DNA of 63,144 bases, counting the filler, from Octopus bimaculoides (taxonomy: Eukaryota): NCBI RefSeq assembly GCF_001194135.2. It is 6 parts of 6 records of this genome, joined end to end, with 100 filler letters (N's around TTAATTAATTAA, not from the genome) between each part and the next. Parts side by side here need not be neighbours in the genome. Positions count along the whole stretch, not along the records: positions 33,355 to 48,486 come from NC_068983.1; positions 48,587 to 52,815 come from NW_026352422.1; positions 52,916 to 59,013 come from NC_068987.1; 3 more parts are not named here. One strand, given 5' to 3'. The translations under genes and the position numbers were made by a program. Below, piece by piece: positions 39,460 through 53,643 of the stretch; the first letter of the stretch is position 1; each line of letters opens with the position of its first letter. The notes under the pieces are model-generated. The model was given only the letters and a program-made list of their open reading frames with translations, ran no database searches and had not been told where the DNA came from.

Positions 39460-40269
39460 ATAGATGTATATATAGTGTGCCTGTACGAATGTGTGTGTGT
39501 ATTGGCATTTTTATGTGAACATATATATTTATAAGTATAGCTGTGTATATATGCGTTTGTATACATGTATGTATATGTGTGATTGTACAGATGTCTGTGT
39601 ATGTCTGTGTCTACATGAGTGTAAATATGCAGTTTGTGAATTTGTACATATGTGGGAGTCATGTGTGTGTGTGTGTGTGTGTGTGGTGGGTGTATCGTTA
39701 CAAATCTGTAATAACAAGTTTGTGACATGCATCATCAACGACATGGTGTGTGAGCGGTTAAACCCGGATTGAATAAGAAACACATGATGAGTTCAAAGGG
39801 GTAAATTGAATAGGATTCGAAGGACGCCAGTAGCTCCGCCTAAACTGCATGATACCCTGCTTAGGGATATCGACTGTATAAATCTTATCATGTCGCCTGT
39901 AATAACTATGTTCAGACATTAACATTGATTTCAAACAGGATCTCAGTTGTAACATAATTAGAAGAGGTTCTGAATGGTATATGGACACAATACGCTATGG
40001 GTACTTATTTTGTCGGCCCCCGGAAGCATCTTAAAAGAATGTAACCAACAGCATACTACAAATAGTTTAATTGTCCGGAGTTCTACCGATTCTGCCAATT
40101 TATCAGCTTTTGTTTGACGGCGATTTAACAGAGTTGTTACAGGGTCGAATAGAAGAATGCTTGGCAGTATTTCCGACTAGTTTTATTCTAAGTTCAAATC
40201 TCACCGATGTCATCTTTGTTTTTTATCTATTAGGGCAGTGGGGGGGGGGAGTTAAAAAGCAAAATATCA

Positions 40270-40610
40270 GTCAGTTCTGTTCTCTCTCCTCCTCTTTTTG
40301 TCTCTCTTTCTCTCCTCCTTCTCCTCTTCCATGCCTCCCTCTCTCACCCCTCTCTCTCCCCCTCTCACCCCCTCTCCCCTTCTCTCTTCCTCTCTCTTCC
40401 TCTCTCTTCCCTCTCTCCTGCTCTCTCATCCTTTCTCCACATCCCCTCGTCACCCACCTCCACCTCTCCACACTCTCCTCCCCCGCACTGGCCCTGTCTG
40501 TCTCCCCTGTTTTTCTCTCTCTCTGTCTCTCTCCCTCTGTCTCTCTCCCTCTGTCCCTCTCCCTCTGTCTCTCTCTCCCGTGTCTCTCCCCTCCTCCATT
40601 ATTTCTCCCC
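40270..40610. repeat. CT-rich low-complexity tract
   Basis: Degenerate (CT)n; accounts for the Ser/Leu/Pro and Arg/Glu/Gly ORFs here. Confidence 0.9.
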
Positions 40611-41091
40611 GATTTTTTTCCATGAGAAGGAGCGTAGTGGATCACTCAGAACGTCCCTTTCTCCAAAAGGTAGAGCAGGTCCGCGTAAAGGGGCCCACCA
40701 TCCTCTTCTCGTACAGATACTAGGACGATACTGACCGGCTCGATGTGCAATGAAGCACAGAAAGGAAAGAAAGGCCTGCTTCTGTTTTCCTTCTTCATTT
40801 TTCGTTACCATAGGAAGGAACGGTAGTGGTCATGATCCTTTAAAGGGCTCCCGAGACTGGTGGGAAAGCGTGAGAAATGCATCCTCAAAATGAACACCCC
40901 TATGCTTGCAACAAAGTAGGCTCTACTAAATGCACATAAGCACAAAGAGATGTTAAACCAGGCGATTGATAAAATCAACCACATAAATTGAACACAGCCA
41001 GATTTGGAATCTAAACGTAAATTGTAAGAACAAATACTACAAGACTTTTTAACGATTCCACCAGACAACTTCCTCAACCTGAAAGTTTGTT

Positions 41092-41868
41092 TATCGACCC
41101 CAAAAGAAGGCAAGTCAAAGTTTATATCAATGAGATTTGAACACAGGGCGCAAAAATCCAGAATAAATACAAGGCATTTAATATGTTCCTCTAACGACGC
41201 AGCCAAATCGCCGTCTGTAGCCATTATGATTCGCTTCAAATTTTGGCACAAGGCCAGCAATTTCGGGTGGTGGTGGTGGTGCGGTGGGGGTAAGTCGATT
41301 AAATCGACCCCAGTGCGAAACTGGTACTTATTTTATCGACCCTGAAAGAGTGAAAGGCAAAGTTGGCCTCGGTGGAATTTGAACTCAGAACATAAAGACG
41401 GACAAAATACTGCTAACGATCAGTCAGCTCACCACCTTATGTAGCCATTATATTCGGTTTCAAATCTTGGCACAAGGTCAGCAGCTTTGGGAGAAAGCTA
41501 AGTCGATTACATCGACCTCAGTGTTTAACTGATGCTTATTTTATCGACCCAGGAAGGATAAAAGGCAATGTCAACCTCAGTAGTATTTGAACTCAGAACG
41601 TAAAGGCGGAAGAAGTGCCGCTAAGCATTTTACTCGGCATGCTAATGATTTAGCCGCCTTTTCTACTCTAGGCACAAGGCCCGAAATTTTTAGGGAGGGG
41701 GCCAGTCGATTAGATCGACCCCAGTACGCAACTGGTACTTAATTTATCGACTCCGGAAGGATGAAAGGCTAAGTCGACCTCGGCGGAATTTGAACTCAGA
41801 ACGTGAAGACAGAAGAAACACCGCTAATCATTTCGCGGCGTGCTAACGTTTCTGCCAGTTCTCCGCCT
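41092..41868 (-). mobile_element. Head-to-tail array of four SINE family B copies
   Basis: Units at about 41092-41216, 41217-41440, 41441-41658 and 41659-41868, each with ttatcgacc...aaaggc..agt.gacctc..ggaatttgaactcagaac. Confidence 0.9.
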
Positions 41869-42820
41869 TATTTAGTCATTAGAATTAGAAATACTTGTCT
41901 CGATGTCTTTAACCTGGCAGAACTGATATTTGAATAGTCTAGGTTCAAGTAGTGTCTAAGAGTCTCTTCCATCTTATATATTTGTGCAATTATTTGTAAT
42001 GTATTTTNNNNNNNNNNNNNNNNNNNNNNNNNNNNNNNNNNNNNNNNNNNNNNNNNNNNNNNNNNNNNNNNNNNNNNNNNNNNNNNNNNNNNNNNNNNNN
42101 NNNNNNNNNNNNNNNNNNNNNNNNNNNNNNNNNNNNNNNNNNNNNNNNNNNNNNNNNNNNNNNNNNNNNNNNNNNNNNNNNNNNNNNNNNNNNNNNNNNN
42201 NNNNNNNNNNNNNNNNNNNNNNNNNNNNNNNNNNNNNNNNNNNNNNNNNNNNNNNNNNNNNNNNNNNNNNNNNNNNNNNNNNNNNNNNNNNNNNNNNNNN
42301 NNNNNNNNNNNNNNNNNNNNNNNNNNNNNNNNNNNNNNNNNNNNNNNNNNNNNNNNNNNNNNNNNNNNNNNNNNNNNNNNNNNNNNNNNNNNNNNNNNNN
42401 NNNNNNNNNNNNNNNNNNNNNNNNNNNNNNNNNNNNNNNNNNNNNNNNNNNNNNNNNNNNNNNNNNNNNNNNNNNNNNNNNNNNNNNNNNNNNNNNNNNN
42501 NNNNNNNNNNNNNNNNNNNNNNNNNNNNNNNNNNNNNNNNNNNNNNNNNNNNNNNNNNNNNNNNNNNNNNNNNNNNNNNNNNNNNNNNNNNNNNNNNNNN
42601 NNNNNNNNNNNNNNNNNNNNNNNNNNNNNNNNNNNNNNNNNNNNNNNNNNNNNNNNNNNNNNNNNNNNNNNNNNNNNNNNNNNNNNNNNNNNNNNNNNNN
42701 NNNNNNNNNNNNNNNNNNNNNNNNNNNNNNNNNNNNNNNNNNNNNNNNNNNNNNNNNNNNNNNNNNNNNNNNNNNNNNNNNNNNNNNNNCTTTGCATTTC
42801 CCTCTAGTTAACACTCACAT

Positions 42821-42875
42821 ATCGTCTCTGATGAAGGACCAGCCCTAATATTCCAGAAACAGCTTTAAGACTACC
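42821..42875 (+). ncRNA. Minimal type-I hammerhead ribozyme motif (Penelope-like-element type), cleavage triplet mutated
   Basis: gtct-CTGATGA-a-GGA..TCC-a-GAAAC-AGCT-TTA-agac: core boxes, stem II and stem I (gtct/agac) are present. Confidence 0.65.
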
Positions 42876-42936
42876 TTTCTCTTTATAAATGCCCCATAAA
42901 TCCCACACATCCTTGGCTTTGTTGTCTCATTTTATT

Positions 42937-42981
<45 letters not shown>

Positions 42982-43029
42982 TATATATATATGTGTGTAT
43001 GTATGTATGTATGTATGTATTTATGCATG

Positions 43030-43225
43030 CATGTATGTATGTATAACGAGCTTCTTTGCTTCTTTCCTTTTGTGTCTATTATATCCATTTACAAGACATT
43101 GGTCGCCCCATGGCTGTAGTAGAAGACAATAATTGATCAAGGTGCCACACAGTGGGATTGAACTCGAAACCATGTGGCTGGGAAGCACATTTATTTACCA
43201 TACAGCTACGCCGGCACCTAAAAAG
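43030..43225 (-). mobile_element. SINE family A, 5' half
   Basis: ctgtagtagaagac...aaggtgccacacagtgggattgaactcgaaaccatgtggctgggaagc. Confidence 0.8.
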
Positions 43226-44196
43226 TAGTTGGCAATTTTTTTTTTTTTGTAAGATGGCTAGATGTGATTTTAGGTAAATGTGGTTCCTACATCAGGTGAT
43301 TCGGTGTTTCTTGTGTTTGTTGTCGCAAAGAATATCTTTAATCAGAATGTAGTGCAGAGTCGGAGACCAAAATGGCAACTAGTTAGTTCCAATCTTTAGT
43401 ACTACACTGTGATTACGAGAAAGACACTTAACTATCACTGCTTTGGTAAAAATATAGCGTAAAGCGATGAAATTCCATCCTAGGACACACTAGAACTGAA
43501 GTTTCACCAGCCTCTTCTGAGGGAACCTGTCTATGGCCATTTATCTTGCTAGAAATAATAGTCAAATTTCGTCTCAAATTACATTCAGCTGTCTTAACGG
43601 GAGATTCGTTGTGTAATATGGGTACGTTAACAGTTCAGTGTGTTTGATTATATGACTTTTCGATCAGGGCTGACCTAAGGTTAAAGAACAACAACAACAG
43701 CGACAGCAATGACAACCACAACCGCATTACTTGGGAGCAACTGAGAGAGTCTCAAATCCTATTCTATCGTCTTAAAAAAGAAAACAATGAATAATGTAGT
43801 CCTAGATGGATTATGCCTCATCAAAATATAGACAGCTGGGATGTCTTTGGTCATAGGTTTACTCATCCATTGACTTGGAGTTGAACAACCACCATTACCC
43901 CAACAACAACGACAAGAACGAAAAACAACGATAACAAATGTACTACAAGCAATACAACTATTATTGTTGTTAGTAATCAGTAATCTAAATGGCAATCAAT
44001 TTCCCAGAAATACCTCCTTGTTCTCCATAACAACACCCAGGATGTTTCCAATTAAAATAAAAGTATTTTAATTCTTTAGACTAGCTGTCCCCACCTCTTT
44101 TGCATCACTTTTTCCAGGGGCGGGGAAATCACGTGCATAACAAAATACTATAAAATGCATAGTATACAATTCAATCATTACATATATAATGATGTC

Positions 44197-44395
44197 AAAT
44201 ATTAGCAGCAATTTCGAAGAAAGGGATAAGTCGATTACATCGACCCCAGTACTTAACTGGTACTTATTTGATTGGTGCCGAAAGCATGGAAGGCTAGGCC
44301 GACCTCAGCGGAATTTGAAACCAGAACGTAAAGGCGGACGAGATGCCGCTAAACATTTTGTGCGGCATGCTAAGGATTCTGCCAGCTCAACGCCT
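44197..44395 (-). mobile_element. SINE family B
   Basis: aagtcgattacatcgaccccagt...cggaatttgaaaccagaacgtaaaggcggacg...ttctgccagctcaacgcc. Confidence 0.88.
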
Positions 44396-44549
44396 TAAAT
44401 CGTGACATATATAATACACATATACATATATACATACGTTCATACATATCTATTTATCTATCTATCTATCTATCTATCTTCACACACAGACACACACACA
44501 TATAAGTTGTGTTGAATGTGTGTGTATATATATATAATGTATGTATGCA

Positions 44550-44604
<55 letters not shown>

Positions 44605-45479
44605 NNNNNNNNNNNNNNNNNNNNNNNNNNNNNNNNNNNNNNNNNNNNNNNNNNNNNNNNNNNNNNNNNNNNNNNNNNNNNNNNNNNNNNNNNNNNNNNN
44701 NNNNNNNNNNNNNNNNNNNNNNNNNNNNNNNNNNNNNNNNNNNNNNNNNNNNNNNNNNNNNNNNNNNNNNNNNNNNNNNNNNNNNNNNNNNNNNNNNNNN
44801 NNNNNNNNNNNNNNNNNNNNNNNNNNNNNNNNNNNNNNNNNNNNNNNNNNNNNNNNNNNNNNNNNNNNNNNNNNNNNNNNNNNNNNNNNNNNNNNNNNNN
44901 NNNNNNNNNNNNNNNNNNNNNNNNNNNNNNNNNNNNNNNNNNNNNNNNNNNNNNNNNNNNNNNNNNNNNNNNNNNNNNNNNNNNNNNNNNNNNNNNNNNN
45001 NNNNNNNNNNNNNNNNNNNNNNNNNNNNNNNNNNNNNNNNNNNNNNNNNNNNNNNNNNNNNNNNNNNNNNNNNNNNNNNNNNNNNNNNNNNNNNNNNNNN
45101 NNNNNNNNNNNNNNNNNNNNNNNNNNNNNNNNNNNNNNNNNNNNNNNNNNNNNNNNNNNNNNNNNNNNNNNNNNNNNNNNNNNNNNNNNNNNNNNNNNNN
45201 NNNNNNNNNNNNNNNNNNNNNNNNNNNNNNNNNNNNNNNNNNNNNNNNNNNNNNNNNNNNNNNNNNNNNNNNNNNNNNNNNNNNNNNNNNNNNNNNNNNN
45301 NNNNNNNNNNNNNNNNNNNNNNNNNNNNNNNNNNNNNNNNNNNNNNNNNNNNNNNNNNNNNNNNNNNNNNNNNNNNNNNNNNNNNTTTTATTCTTTTACT
45401 TGTTTCAGTCATTTGACTGTGGCCATGGTGGAGCACCACCTTAGAGGGTTTTAGTCGAAGAAATTTATTTAGTTATTTA

Positions 45480-45870
45480 TAAGGCGCAGGAATAACTGTG
45501 TGGTAAGTAGCTTGTTTACCAATCACACTGTTCTGGATTCAGTCCCACTGCGTGGTACCTAGGGCAAGTGTCTTCTACTATAGCCTCGGGCCGACCAAAG
45601 CCTTGTGAGTGAATTTGGTAGATGGAAACTGAAAAAAGTCCGTCGACTATATATGTATAAGTGTGTGTGTTTGTGTGTCTGTGTTTGTCTCCCACCATCG
45701 CTTGACAACCGATGTTAGTGTGTTTACATCCTCGTAACATTAGCGGTTCGGCAAAAGAGACCGATAGAATATATACTGGGCTTAGAAACAATAAAGCCTG
45801 GAGTCGATTTGTTCGACTAAAGGCGATGCACCAGCATGGCCGCAGTCAAATGACTGAAACAAAAAATAGA
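45480..45870 (+). mobile_element. SINE family A, full length (flanked by opposite-strand fragments at 45386-45465 and 45895-45985)
   Basis: ggcgcaggaataactgtgtggtaagtagc...cagtcccactgcgtgg...cagcatggccgcagtcaaatgactgaaacaa. Confidence 0.92.
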
Positions 45871-45980
45871 ATATACATATGTATATATATATATACAGTA
45901 ATTCGCCGACTATCGCGGGTGTTACATTCCAAAACACCCCGGAACCATGTTGTTGGGAAGCAAGCTTCTTACCTCACAGC

Positions 45981-46035
<55 letters not shown>

Positions 46036-47595
46036 CACACGAACTAATTAAATTTCAGGAAGTTTATCAACTATATTGCTGCTTTTTTTATTGAAACAAA
46101 TCTTCATTCGTCGGTGTTTTTCTTTTGCGAGGACAAATGATTCGTTAGATTTTAGTGATGAATTCAGATTCTCTTGTGTTTCTCTTATTAATTATTGCTT
46201 TAAAAATTGATTGAAACTATAATTCACAGCGATATTCTGTAGCAAAGCTTAAAAAGGAAAAATCGTAACACTTTCATAAAAACACATTAGCTGAGTGGGT
46301 ACATTTACACTTCATGACAAACATTGTCTTATAAATTGACCATGTTACCTCACTGTGTAAAGTTTTCCTAGGTGGAGTTTAGTAACAACATTCAGATCAG
46401 CAATATAATTGACCGTTGATCGATTACAATGCTGAAATTCATGATACCTAACAATTATGTAGAAAGGACGATAAAGACGAGTGTTAGAAACTCTATGCAG
46501 CATATCTTAAAATACTATCTTTCTGACGTGGCCAATTGCAACTCCATCATTCCCATTCTCAGTCTCTTAAAAAAAAAAATAAATAAATAAATAAATAAAT
46601 AAATAAATGAATAAAAATTAAAAAAATATATATATATAAAATGATCAGTTCTTCGAAAGCCTAGAATCACTTTTCTCTGCTATATAAAACTGTTCTAGTT
46701 CTTCTTATTTTATATCAGGATGGCGCTTAAGTTTAGGAAAACAAAAGAAAAGCAAAGTTGTATTTAATATTAGCAAAATATTTCTTGAAGTATCTAATAA
46801 AGTTTCTCATGAAATAGTAACACATAGACTGAATTTTGCTCAGTGGTAGTGATTAGTAAATCTGTCGGTATCCATAGCCCCTCACCATACCCCATCTCAT
46901 CAATTTTGATGTTCCTCCATCATCTGTGGAATTTATTTTTGGTCTTCCTCAACAACATTCTGCTTTTTACTATTACAATAGAATCACTAGAGCGTCGGGT
47001 TTCCTTGGCTTGTGGAATTTGTTATGGTTCTCTACATGCTGAGATCAGATCCCTCTAAGATCAAGTTTCATTTTAACCCTTCTGAGGTCGATAAATGAAG
47101 TCGCTGCTCAGAGCAATGGTTTGGTAGAAGTGTTAGAACATCGGTCAAAATGTCCTGCATTCTGAATTCAAATACTCCGCTTTACTAGAGAGTCCCACAA
47201 ATAATTAGGTTACTGCGAAACACCGGCATCGAGGCCAGTGTAAAAAATATGACTGCCCAAGAAATACCAATGAACTTACAAAAACTAATGTATAGCGGAT
47301 TCATAAGAGCCTTAAGTATTGGTGGGAGTTATGGGGTAAGCAAGATTTCTAATCACGATTTATTTCGTTTCAAACCTCTGATTCCTTTTTATCTCTTGAT
47401 TTAAATATTAGCAGCTTTGAACAATATATTTGCACTTCCGTATTAGAGATGTTTACATAATTCATAAGAAGTCTGAAAGACAATGTTTATATCGGCGGGA
47501 TTTGAACTTACGACGCTGAAAGATTAGGATAGATTTTGTAAGATATTCATTTCGATGCAGTATCGTTTCTGGCACATCACCCCCATTGATCTAAA

Positions 47596-47662
<67 letters not shown>

Positions 47663-48366
47663 TATCCCTTAATTCGGACTGCTCTGGTGATGATGGCGAT
47701 GGGGTGGGAGTGAGTTTTCTGTCAACGCTTATCAGTAACTCTTGCGAAAATATGCGAACCCAGACTGTGTAACCAAACAATCTATTCATTGAGAAGCAAG
47801 CTAAATAAATTATTGTGTGATCGCCTATAATCGACGTCATTGACTGGGAATCAGTTAGTTGAATACGATACATAGTTATAGAGTTCTCACTTCGCCAAAT
47901 ACTCTTAGAGAAGACGTACATGGCACATGTTCTGTGTCACTATTTTAATAAATTTCAACACATGATATAGATACCTCTACCCAGAACAAGGAATGTCTGC
48001 TATACACTTCTAATAACTGGCTATTTCGTATCACTTGCAACGTTAACAACTTGAGGAAAAGAATGAACGTTACATCTTCGGTTTTTACCACCTCTAAAAT
48101 CAGAGAAACTTTTGTGTTTAGTGAAAAAGAAAATTTTAGAATTGAACACTTTTACAGCTACTATGATATGAATATTTGGTTCTGAATCTTAATTTGATAA
48201 TGATTTCTTAATTAAGAAAGAACTTCTAATTAATTTAGCGTTAAGTGTCTTAATCCGGATCAAATAATTATATTTGAAGAGGAATTCGAACGCTTAACTT
48301 TCAAGACAAGAGTTTGAATTATGGCTTTACGTGTGTTTGCGTGTGTGTGTGTGTGTGTGTATGCAT

Positions 48367-48430
<64 letters not shown>

Positions 48431-48614
48431 GTGTATGTGTGTATGTATGTATGTATGTATTATGTATATGTAGATATATATATATANNNNNNNNNNNNNN
48501 NNNNNNNNNNNNNNNNNNNNNNNNNNNNNNTTAATTAATTAANNNNNNNNNNNNNNNNNNNNNNNNNNNNNNNNNNNNNNNNNNNNTATATATATATAAT
48601 GTGTGTGTTTTATG

Positions 48615-48965
48615 GCATTACTGTGTGGTTAAGATGCTAGCTTTCCAACCATTATTTTCTCAAGTTCAGTCCCACTGCATGACAATTTGAGCAAGTGTTT
48701 CTACTATAGCCTTGAGTTGACTAATGTCTTATAAGTGTATTTGCAAGAGAGAAACTGAATGAAGCTTATCATATATATATGTGTTTGTGTGTCTGTGCTT
48801 ATCCCCCTACGATCGCTTGACAACTGATGTTGGTGTGTTTAGGTCCCTGTAACTTAGCAGTTCAGCAAAAGGGACTGATGGAATAAATCCTGGGGTTGAT
48901 TCATTCGACTAAAGGTGGTGCTCCAGCTTAGCTGTAATCAAATGACTGAAACAAGTGAAAGAGTA
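48615..48965 (+). mobile_element. SINE family A
   Basis: Head, body and tail (aaatgactgaaacaagtgaaagag) recognisable. Confidence 0.85.
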
Positions 48966-49022
48966 TGTATATATACATACACACACACTTGTGTTTGTGA
49001 TGTGTGTTTTTGCACTTTTGAA

Positions 49023-49059
<37 letters not shown>

Positions 49060-49519
49060 GATATTAAAAGAGTATAAAGCCTGTATTAAGAATCTCTTTG
49101 ACTGGATTCTCATGAGCTCGGTGCAGAGCTAGGTGTAAATAATCATCTTCCTTTGCAGACATTGATATTTAAATATTTAAGTGTTCACAATTCAATTGAA
49201 ACATTAGGTGTTCCGCTGGTTCAAGACTCTTTTCTTCGAGATGTTTATGGGCAACTTCAAACATCACAGAAATTCAATTCCATCCATGAATTACATCAAC
49301 ATACAAGAATGTGAAGGAGCAGCTGCTGTAGAGAAAATATGTATGAACTTAGCATAGTAGCAGGAATAGATGGCTTTGTAGCAAGCAATTCTTGTAAAAT
49401 CTGTTGGAAAAAACCTTAGTCTAGGCATTTTGGTTATGTCTGAAAGTTTTCTGGGAAGTCATAGAATAATAGCGAAACCAGAAAGGTGGCTTTATATCTT
49501 TTTCATGAAGGAGGAAACT

Positions 49520-49737
49520 TTTTTTTTTTGTTTTACTTGTTCTATTTATTAAACTGCAGCCATACTAAGGCACCACCTTGATAAATTTTAGTCGAAACAA
49601 ATCGCCCCCAGTTCTAAGTGTTATTTTAAGCTTCGTACATATTCTATCAATCTTTTTTGTTGAACTGCTAAGCTACAGGAATGTAAGCACACCAACATCA
49701 GCAGCAAATACCGATACAAAGACTCTCCTTCTCTCTG

Positions 49738-49775
<38 letters not shown>

Positions 49776-49975
49776 ACACACATACACACACACACACATG
49801 CACACACACACACACACAATGGGCTTCTTTCAGTTTCTGTCCACCAAATCCACTCACGAGGCTTTGGTTGGCCCAAGGGATGTAATATAAAATACTTGTC
49901 AAAGGTACCATATAGTGGGACTGAACTCGGAACCATGTGGCTTGGAAGCAAACTTCTTACCACACAGCTACACCT
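49520..49975 (-). mobile_element. SINE family A
   Basis: Tail ttttacttgtt..., head gtgggactgaactcggaaccatgtggcttggaagc. Confidence 0.85.
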
Positions 49976-50719
49976 GCTGAGCAGATGCTAGAAATTAGTG
50001 ACCCCTGTGTGTGACATTACATTTTTGTAAAGACATGCAATGAATCACAAAAGAGAAATTAACTGTGTTCCTAGAGAAAAATAACTCAAGTGTTATCCAA
50101 CATGACTGCAGCCAGGTGGCAGCTGCTGCACACCACTGATGTAGCATTATGACCGGATGCTAAAGCACTCAAAGGTAGACATGTGTGACTGGACATTGGA
50201 AATTCTCTCTATCAACATCAACTTGATTCTGGGACAATATTCTGCTAACTCCCTGTCTTCACTATAATTGGAAAATGGGATGAGTGGTTGTATGACTTTT
50301 CAAATGTCAGTAATCATGTTATTGTAGTCAGCAGTGCCTTCACCGTAGGGTTATCCATCCAGCGTTGTGTACTCCAGGAACTATCCTGAGACCATTGTGG
50401 TTTGTATGAACTCTACCACCAGACTTATAACTTGACAGCATAGTCATTCTCGCAAGCTATCTCATGCAAAGCTTATGAAATAAGAACGAAAAAATTACAA
50501 AAAAAAAAAAACCGACCATAAATAACATCTTTTCACTCTGATGATAAGATGAAGAATGTCATGAAATGTTAACAAACTAATTGGATTTTAGAACATGATT
50601 GTTCAAAACTCAACATGAAGGATTAAGGACTAATAAAGAAGTATGAAAAACCCTTAATAAAATAGATTAAACTCAAGCACAGTCATATCTTTAATATATT
50701 TAATATAGTGTTTTGTGTG

Positions 50720-50755
<36 letters not shown>

Positions 50756-50911
50756 TTTATCTACATATATATATATGTATGTTGTTTTTAATCCCTATTT
50801 TATCAGATATTTGACTGTTCTGTCTGAATTTGCTGGTCTCTGTCTCTCCATCCATCCATCTGTCTTCCTTTCCTTTCTCTCTCATTTGTACTCATACAGA
50901 CACATGTACAC

Positions 50912-50953
<42 letters not shown>

Positions 50954-51793
50954 GCCCATTCTGTGTATAGGCCTGTCTATCTCTCTCCTCTCTCTCTTTA
51001 TTTCTGTTTACCTACATATTACATTCTCTTTTTTTTTTTGTCCTTTCCTTCTTTTTGTTTCTGTCACTTAGCAAAAGTTCAGCAAATAATCTTTAGTCGA
51101 TAATCAATCCAAATTTGTTCCCTACTCCCCGCCCCTTCCCCCACGCACAACCGCTCTGCTTTCTCTTCCACCACCACTGCCAACAACATCAGCAACAACA
51201 ACTACAACACCAACATCAACTTAACACCCACCACTTTACTGCCTCTACTACCAAAAACCACTGATAACACCATGACCACCACCACCACTACCACGAGCTC
51301 AAATGCATGAAATGAAATTAAGTGACTTTTAAGAATTAAATTTGCTTATACAATTTTTTCACCATTTTCTGTTTTCACTGTGTATTTGTATGAGTGCAAG
51401 TGCATGCGTGCTTAAATGTGTGTATGTGTGTGTGTGGTGCTTGTGCATGCATGCTTAAATGTGTGTATGTGTGTGTGTCGTGCTTGTGCATGCATGCGCA
51501 CGTGCATGTGTGCGTATGTGACTTTTCTTTTTTCTATTTCCTCAGTTCTTCTCGATTTTGGTGTCTATAAATCATTGACTTTGAAAGAAATCAATTAATC
51601 CATAGTTTAACACTTCTTTTTGCAACGAAGTAAATAAATAATGAATAAATAAAAGGCAATAAGTGAATAGACACATAAATAAATAAATGATATATATATA
51701 TATATATGTGCATATATATATGTGTGTATATATAATATATATGTATATATATATATGCCCCTGTGTGTGTATATATATGTGTGTATATATATA

Positions 51794-51846
<53 letters not shown>

Positions 51847-51922
51847 AGAGATAGATAGATAGTTTGGTAGGTAGATATATTGATAGATACATTGAAAGAT
51901 AGATGGATGAGTGGATAGATGA

Positions 51923-51971
<49 letters not shown>

Positions 51972-52108
51972 NNNNNNNNNNNNNNNNNNNNNNNNNNNNN
52001 NNNNNNNNNNNNNNNNNNNNNNNNNNNNNNNNNNNNNNNNNNNNNNNNNNNNNNNNNNNNNNNNNNNNNNNNNNNNNNNNNNNNNNNNNNNNNNNNNNNN
52101 NNNNNNNN

Positions 52109-52169
<61 letters not shown>

Positions 52170-53110
52170 TTATGTGTTTAATGTATGAATGCATGTATGT
52201 TTGCATATATATATCAATAGATAGATATAGAGAGATATTAGATATATATATATATTTATATATATATTTGGTAAATGGATAAAAAGATTAAAGAGCTCCC
52301 TTCTTTCCATTGTGACCACCACCACTTGTAAAAAAAAGTACAAATAAAAAGAAAGACTCCCTCCCACCATCTCCCAAGCAATGACGGCAACAACAATAAC
52401 AATAAATATTTTTTTTAAAAAGAAGCACTCTATCCCACACTGATATACACCCACTACTGCCAACACCTCCCACAACAACAACAACAACAACAACAACACT
52501 AGAATACTACTCAAGTATGTGTTTAAAAGAGAAACCTAATCAACACTAACTCTGTCATCGTCATCATAATCATTACAAACAATAATAAGAATTGTGAACA
52601 CACTCCCATCACTGATATTACTGCCGCCATCTTCACAATCACTATCATCATCATCAATACCATTAGCATCACTAACACCACCTCCACCATGACAACAACA
52701 ACCATCATCACCACCACCACCATAATCACCATCATCAATATCATTGCCACCACTACAACCACCACCATCATCATCACTATCATCATAAACACCACCACCA
52801 CCACCACCACCACCANNNNNNNNNNNNNNNNNNNNNNNNNNNNNNNNNNNNNNNNNNNNTTAATTAATTAANNNNNNNNNNNNNNNNNNNNNNNNNNNNN
52901 NNNNNNNNNNNNNNNATCCAATTTTAAGCCTGTGGGCTTATATTCAGAAACTCTTTTCACGTATAGTCCCAGTAATTTTTATGATTTTCAGAAAAAAAAT
53001 TATTTAAGCAAAATTATTTAAGTCTGTATTTAAGCCCATGGGTTTATTTTTGGAGAAAAAAAAACAGTATTTTGAAAATGAAATAAAAATAAAATTAACT
53101 TTAAAAAAAA

Positions 53111-53215
53111 TACAGTAGAATTCGCCTAATTAATCATCCCAAGGTGAAAATTGAGAGTGACGAATTAAGTCAAGTAATGAATTAGCCAAAGACGAATTAG
53201 GCTAATTCTACTGTA
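53111..53215. mobile_element. 105-bp MITE with 21-bp TIRs including TA ends
   Basis: tacagtagaattcgcctaatt / aattaggctaattctactgta (20/21). Confidence 0.8.
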
Positions 53216-53643
53216 TTAATGTTAACTAATAAATTTTACTTATGATTTATTTGTCAGATTAAATTTCATTTTTTTTTAATGTGGAAGAACTGACTGAGCA
53301 TATGTTTGATTCGAAACCATTTAATGACCATTCTACTACAATCAATGTTATTTGTAATGGGATTTCAATTCAAGTGGATAAAAATTCTCGTGCAATATTA
53401 TTTACAACTTCATATTTTATTGCTTGTTCTTAACTAAATAAAATGTCTATTTTAATTGTATATTTCAAAAGACATGATTTAAAAAAAAATTTTTGTTTAA
53501 ATTTATTTTTGATTATTTTTGTACCATGTTGTTAAAAATTTATTTCTTAGATTCTCATAATAGATAAAGTAAATTATCTCAAATTCACCTAATATTAGGT
53601 ATTTTAATTTAAAAAATGTTATTCTCGGCTGCAATATTTTAAA

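Noticed and set aside
38256-39783. Numerous long Y/I/H/T/C/V-rich ORFs here and elsewhere, including those spanning X runs
   Set aside because: Translations of (TA)n, (CA)n, (TATG)n microsatellites and N gaps.
40271-40723. Overlapping 124-184-aa ORFs on both strands
   Set aside because: CT/GA low-complexity tract.
45480-45560. tRNA genes at SINE heads (also 18425, 21047, 23640)
   Set aside because: A/B boxes only, no complete cloverleaf; each continues into a SINE body.
50536-50580. CTGATGA...GAAA spacing resembling a hammerhead
   Set aside because: No stem I or stem II complementarity.
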